A stretch of DNA of 64,000 nt from assembly GCF_001194135.2 (NCBI RefSeq), contig NC_068987.1, positions 80,240,095 through 80,304,094 of the forward strand, read 5' to 3'. The stretch comes from Octopus bimaculoides. Taxonomy: Eukaryota. Below the pieces are notes generated by a model. That model searched no databases, had not been told where the DNA came from, and was given only the letters and a program-made list of their open reading frames with translations. Shown piece after piece: positions 62,591-64,000 of the stretch (positions are counted from its first letter, which is position 1; every line of letters begins with the position of its first letter). A program made the translations under genes and the position numbers.

Positions 62591-64000
62591 CTGGAATGAA
62601 AGGAAATTTGAGTTTCAGAACATCAAAGGACTAATGGGTGACTGCTTAATGTTTACATTAGACAGAGAGATGATTGGTTACCAAAACCAATTCAGTGGAC
62701 ATCTGCCGGTATCGGATTGCATCGATATCGAATTTGTGCGTTTGATGTTTTGTAGTCATTTCAAAACAGAACTTGATTTAAACAACAGATGTTTCTTAAG
62801 GCAATGTTATTACTCTAATCATTGTACAAACATTTTTTCCCTCAATTTTTTAACTGCATTTTTAGTGTCTGTGTTACCGAAGACAGACAGACAGACAAAT
62901 ACATTAATAAATAGATAAATAGGCAGATATACAGACAGCTAGACAGATTAACTGATGTACAGACAGCTAGACAGACAGACAGACAGACAGATAGAATCAA
63001 TTTCCAAAGCCCTTCCAGATATTAAAATCAGTTGACCGATTCGTATTTATATACAAAGGTAGTTTGGAAAGGGTTACAGTGGAAGTAGGCATGGTTATTT
63101 CATTAAGAAGTTTGCATTGAATTCGGTCTTACACTGCGGTCAAGTGTCTTCCACCATACCAAAGTTTCGAGTAATTATTCATTTCCTTTCAGACATGGCT
63201 ACCGTGCGACAAAGACGTTCGCTTCACAACTACATGACATTGGATTCAATATTACTCTTCAGCACTTCAGGTGAGTACTTTCTACCGTCATCTAGGATCG
63301 GCCAAAAGCTTTTGGGTAAAATTTGGTTGAGGAAAACTGTGTTGAGGATCCGATACTCTGTTTAACACCCTTACCTGTCTCTTGGGTACCTTCAGTCGTG
63401 TCCTTCAGTCGTGCAAGAATTCCGTGAATGTTTCTAGTCTGTGAGTAACTTTCTACCTACCACTCTTTCTATCACCATTCGCAGCAGCCATGATTAGAAA
63501 CATGGCTCCTGCCTTTACCCTCTCTAAAGTAATAAAAAAAATCTTAATGAAAAAGAAAGAACAGTACGAACTCCAATGTAGTATATAAAATGTGGTAATA
63601 AATCTTATTATTTTAATATATTTCATTTTTATTCAAATATTTAACGAAATAAATATAATAATGATTCTTGTTTTTCCTCTGCCATTCTTACACGTTCGTT
63701 GTAGGTCTTCCTCACGGGCGTTTACCATTTATCATTCCTTTAGTAATGGTCTTTACGTATCTTATTTTATTACTATGCGACGAAGAAATTTAGATTCCTT
63801 TTTTTTATATTTTAATAGTTGAGATTAATGATGATCTATTTGTATTTGCTAGTTATAGCACTTTTTCATTGGTTTTATGTCTTGTTCAAAATATTCTTAG
63901 TGTTCTTCTAACTGTCCACATTTCAAAAGCTTCCAGTTTATCAGAAGTGATAACCAGTAAAAAAACAGGAAAAATAACAAGTGTGTGTGTATGTGCGTGT

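Noticed and set aside
62556-62918. 120-aa plus-strand ORF overlapping the 62532-62590 exon
   Set aside because: Antisense shadow of a real exon extending into intron and microsatellite; no recognisable protein.
63360-63420. Donor-like CAG|GTAAG on the minus strand as a possible PDZ exon end
   Set aside because: Lies in repeat-like sequence (~63110-63550) with no PDZ-like translation.

Overview
Eukaryotic, AT-rich, microsatellite- and SINE-dense draft-assembly sequence with 12 N-gaps. The repeat content suggests an octopus (coleoid cephalopod); this is inferred from memory of such repeats, not from a search. Main content: the 3' part of a large minus-strand gene. I could join 12 exons (62590 down to 19857) with GT-AG sites and matching phases into about 536 aa ending at a stop. 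It encodes a linker with an RxLPxxP motif, a C2A domain, a Ser/Pro-rich linker and a C-terminal C2B domain, so it belongs to the RIM/Piccolo active-zone scaffold family, most like invertebrate Fife/Clarinet. Its 5' exons lie beyond the window. At the left end is the last exon of a plus-strand gene whose C-terminus looks like the ACT domain of threonine dehydratase. The rest is transposon-derived: three tRNA-headed SINE families, CR1/L2-type LINE 3' ends, a HERO-like fragment, a Penelope GIY-YIG remnant and MITE-like hairpins. Best leads: (i) three Penelope-type minimal hammerhead ribozyme motifs, one forming the tail of a tRNA-headed SINE in the gene's last intron; (ii) a SINE/LINE shared 3' stem-loop with compensatory changes; (iii) a candidate C2B-less alternative terminal exon and a 30-nt microexon; (iv) multimeric SINEs with recurrent junctions.
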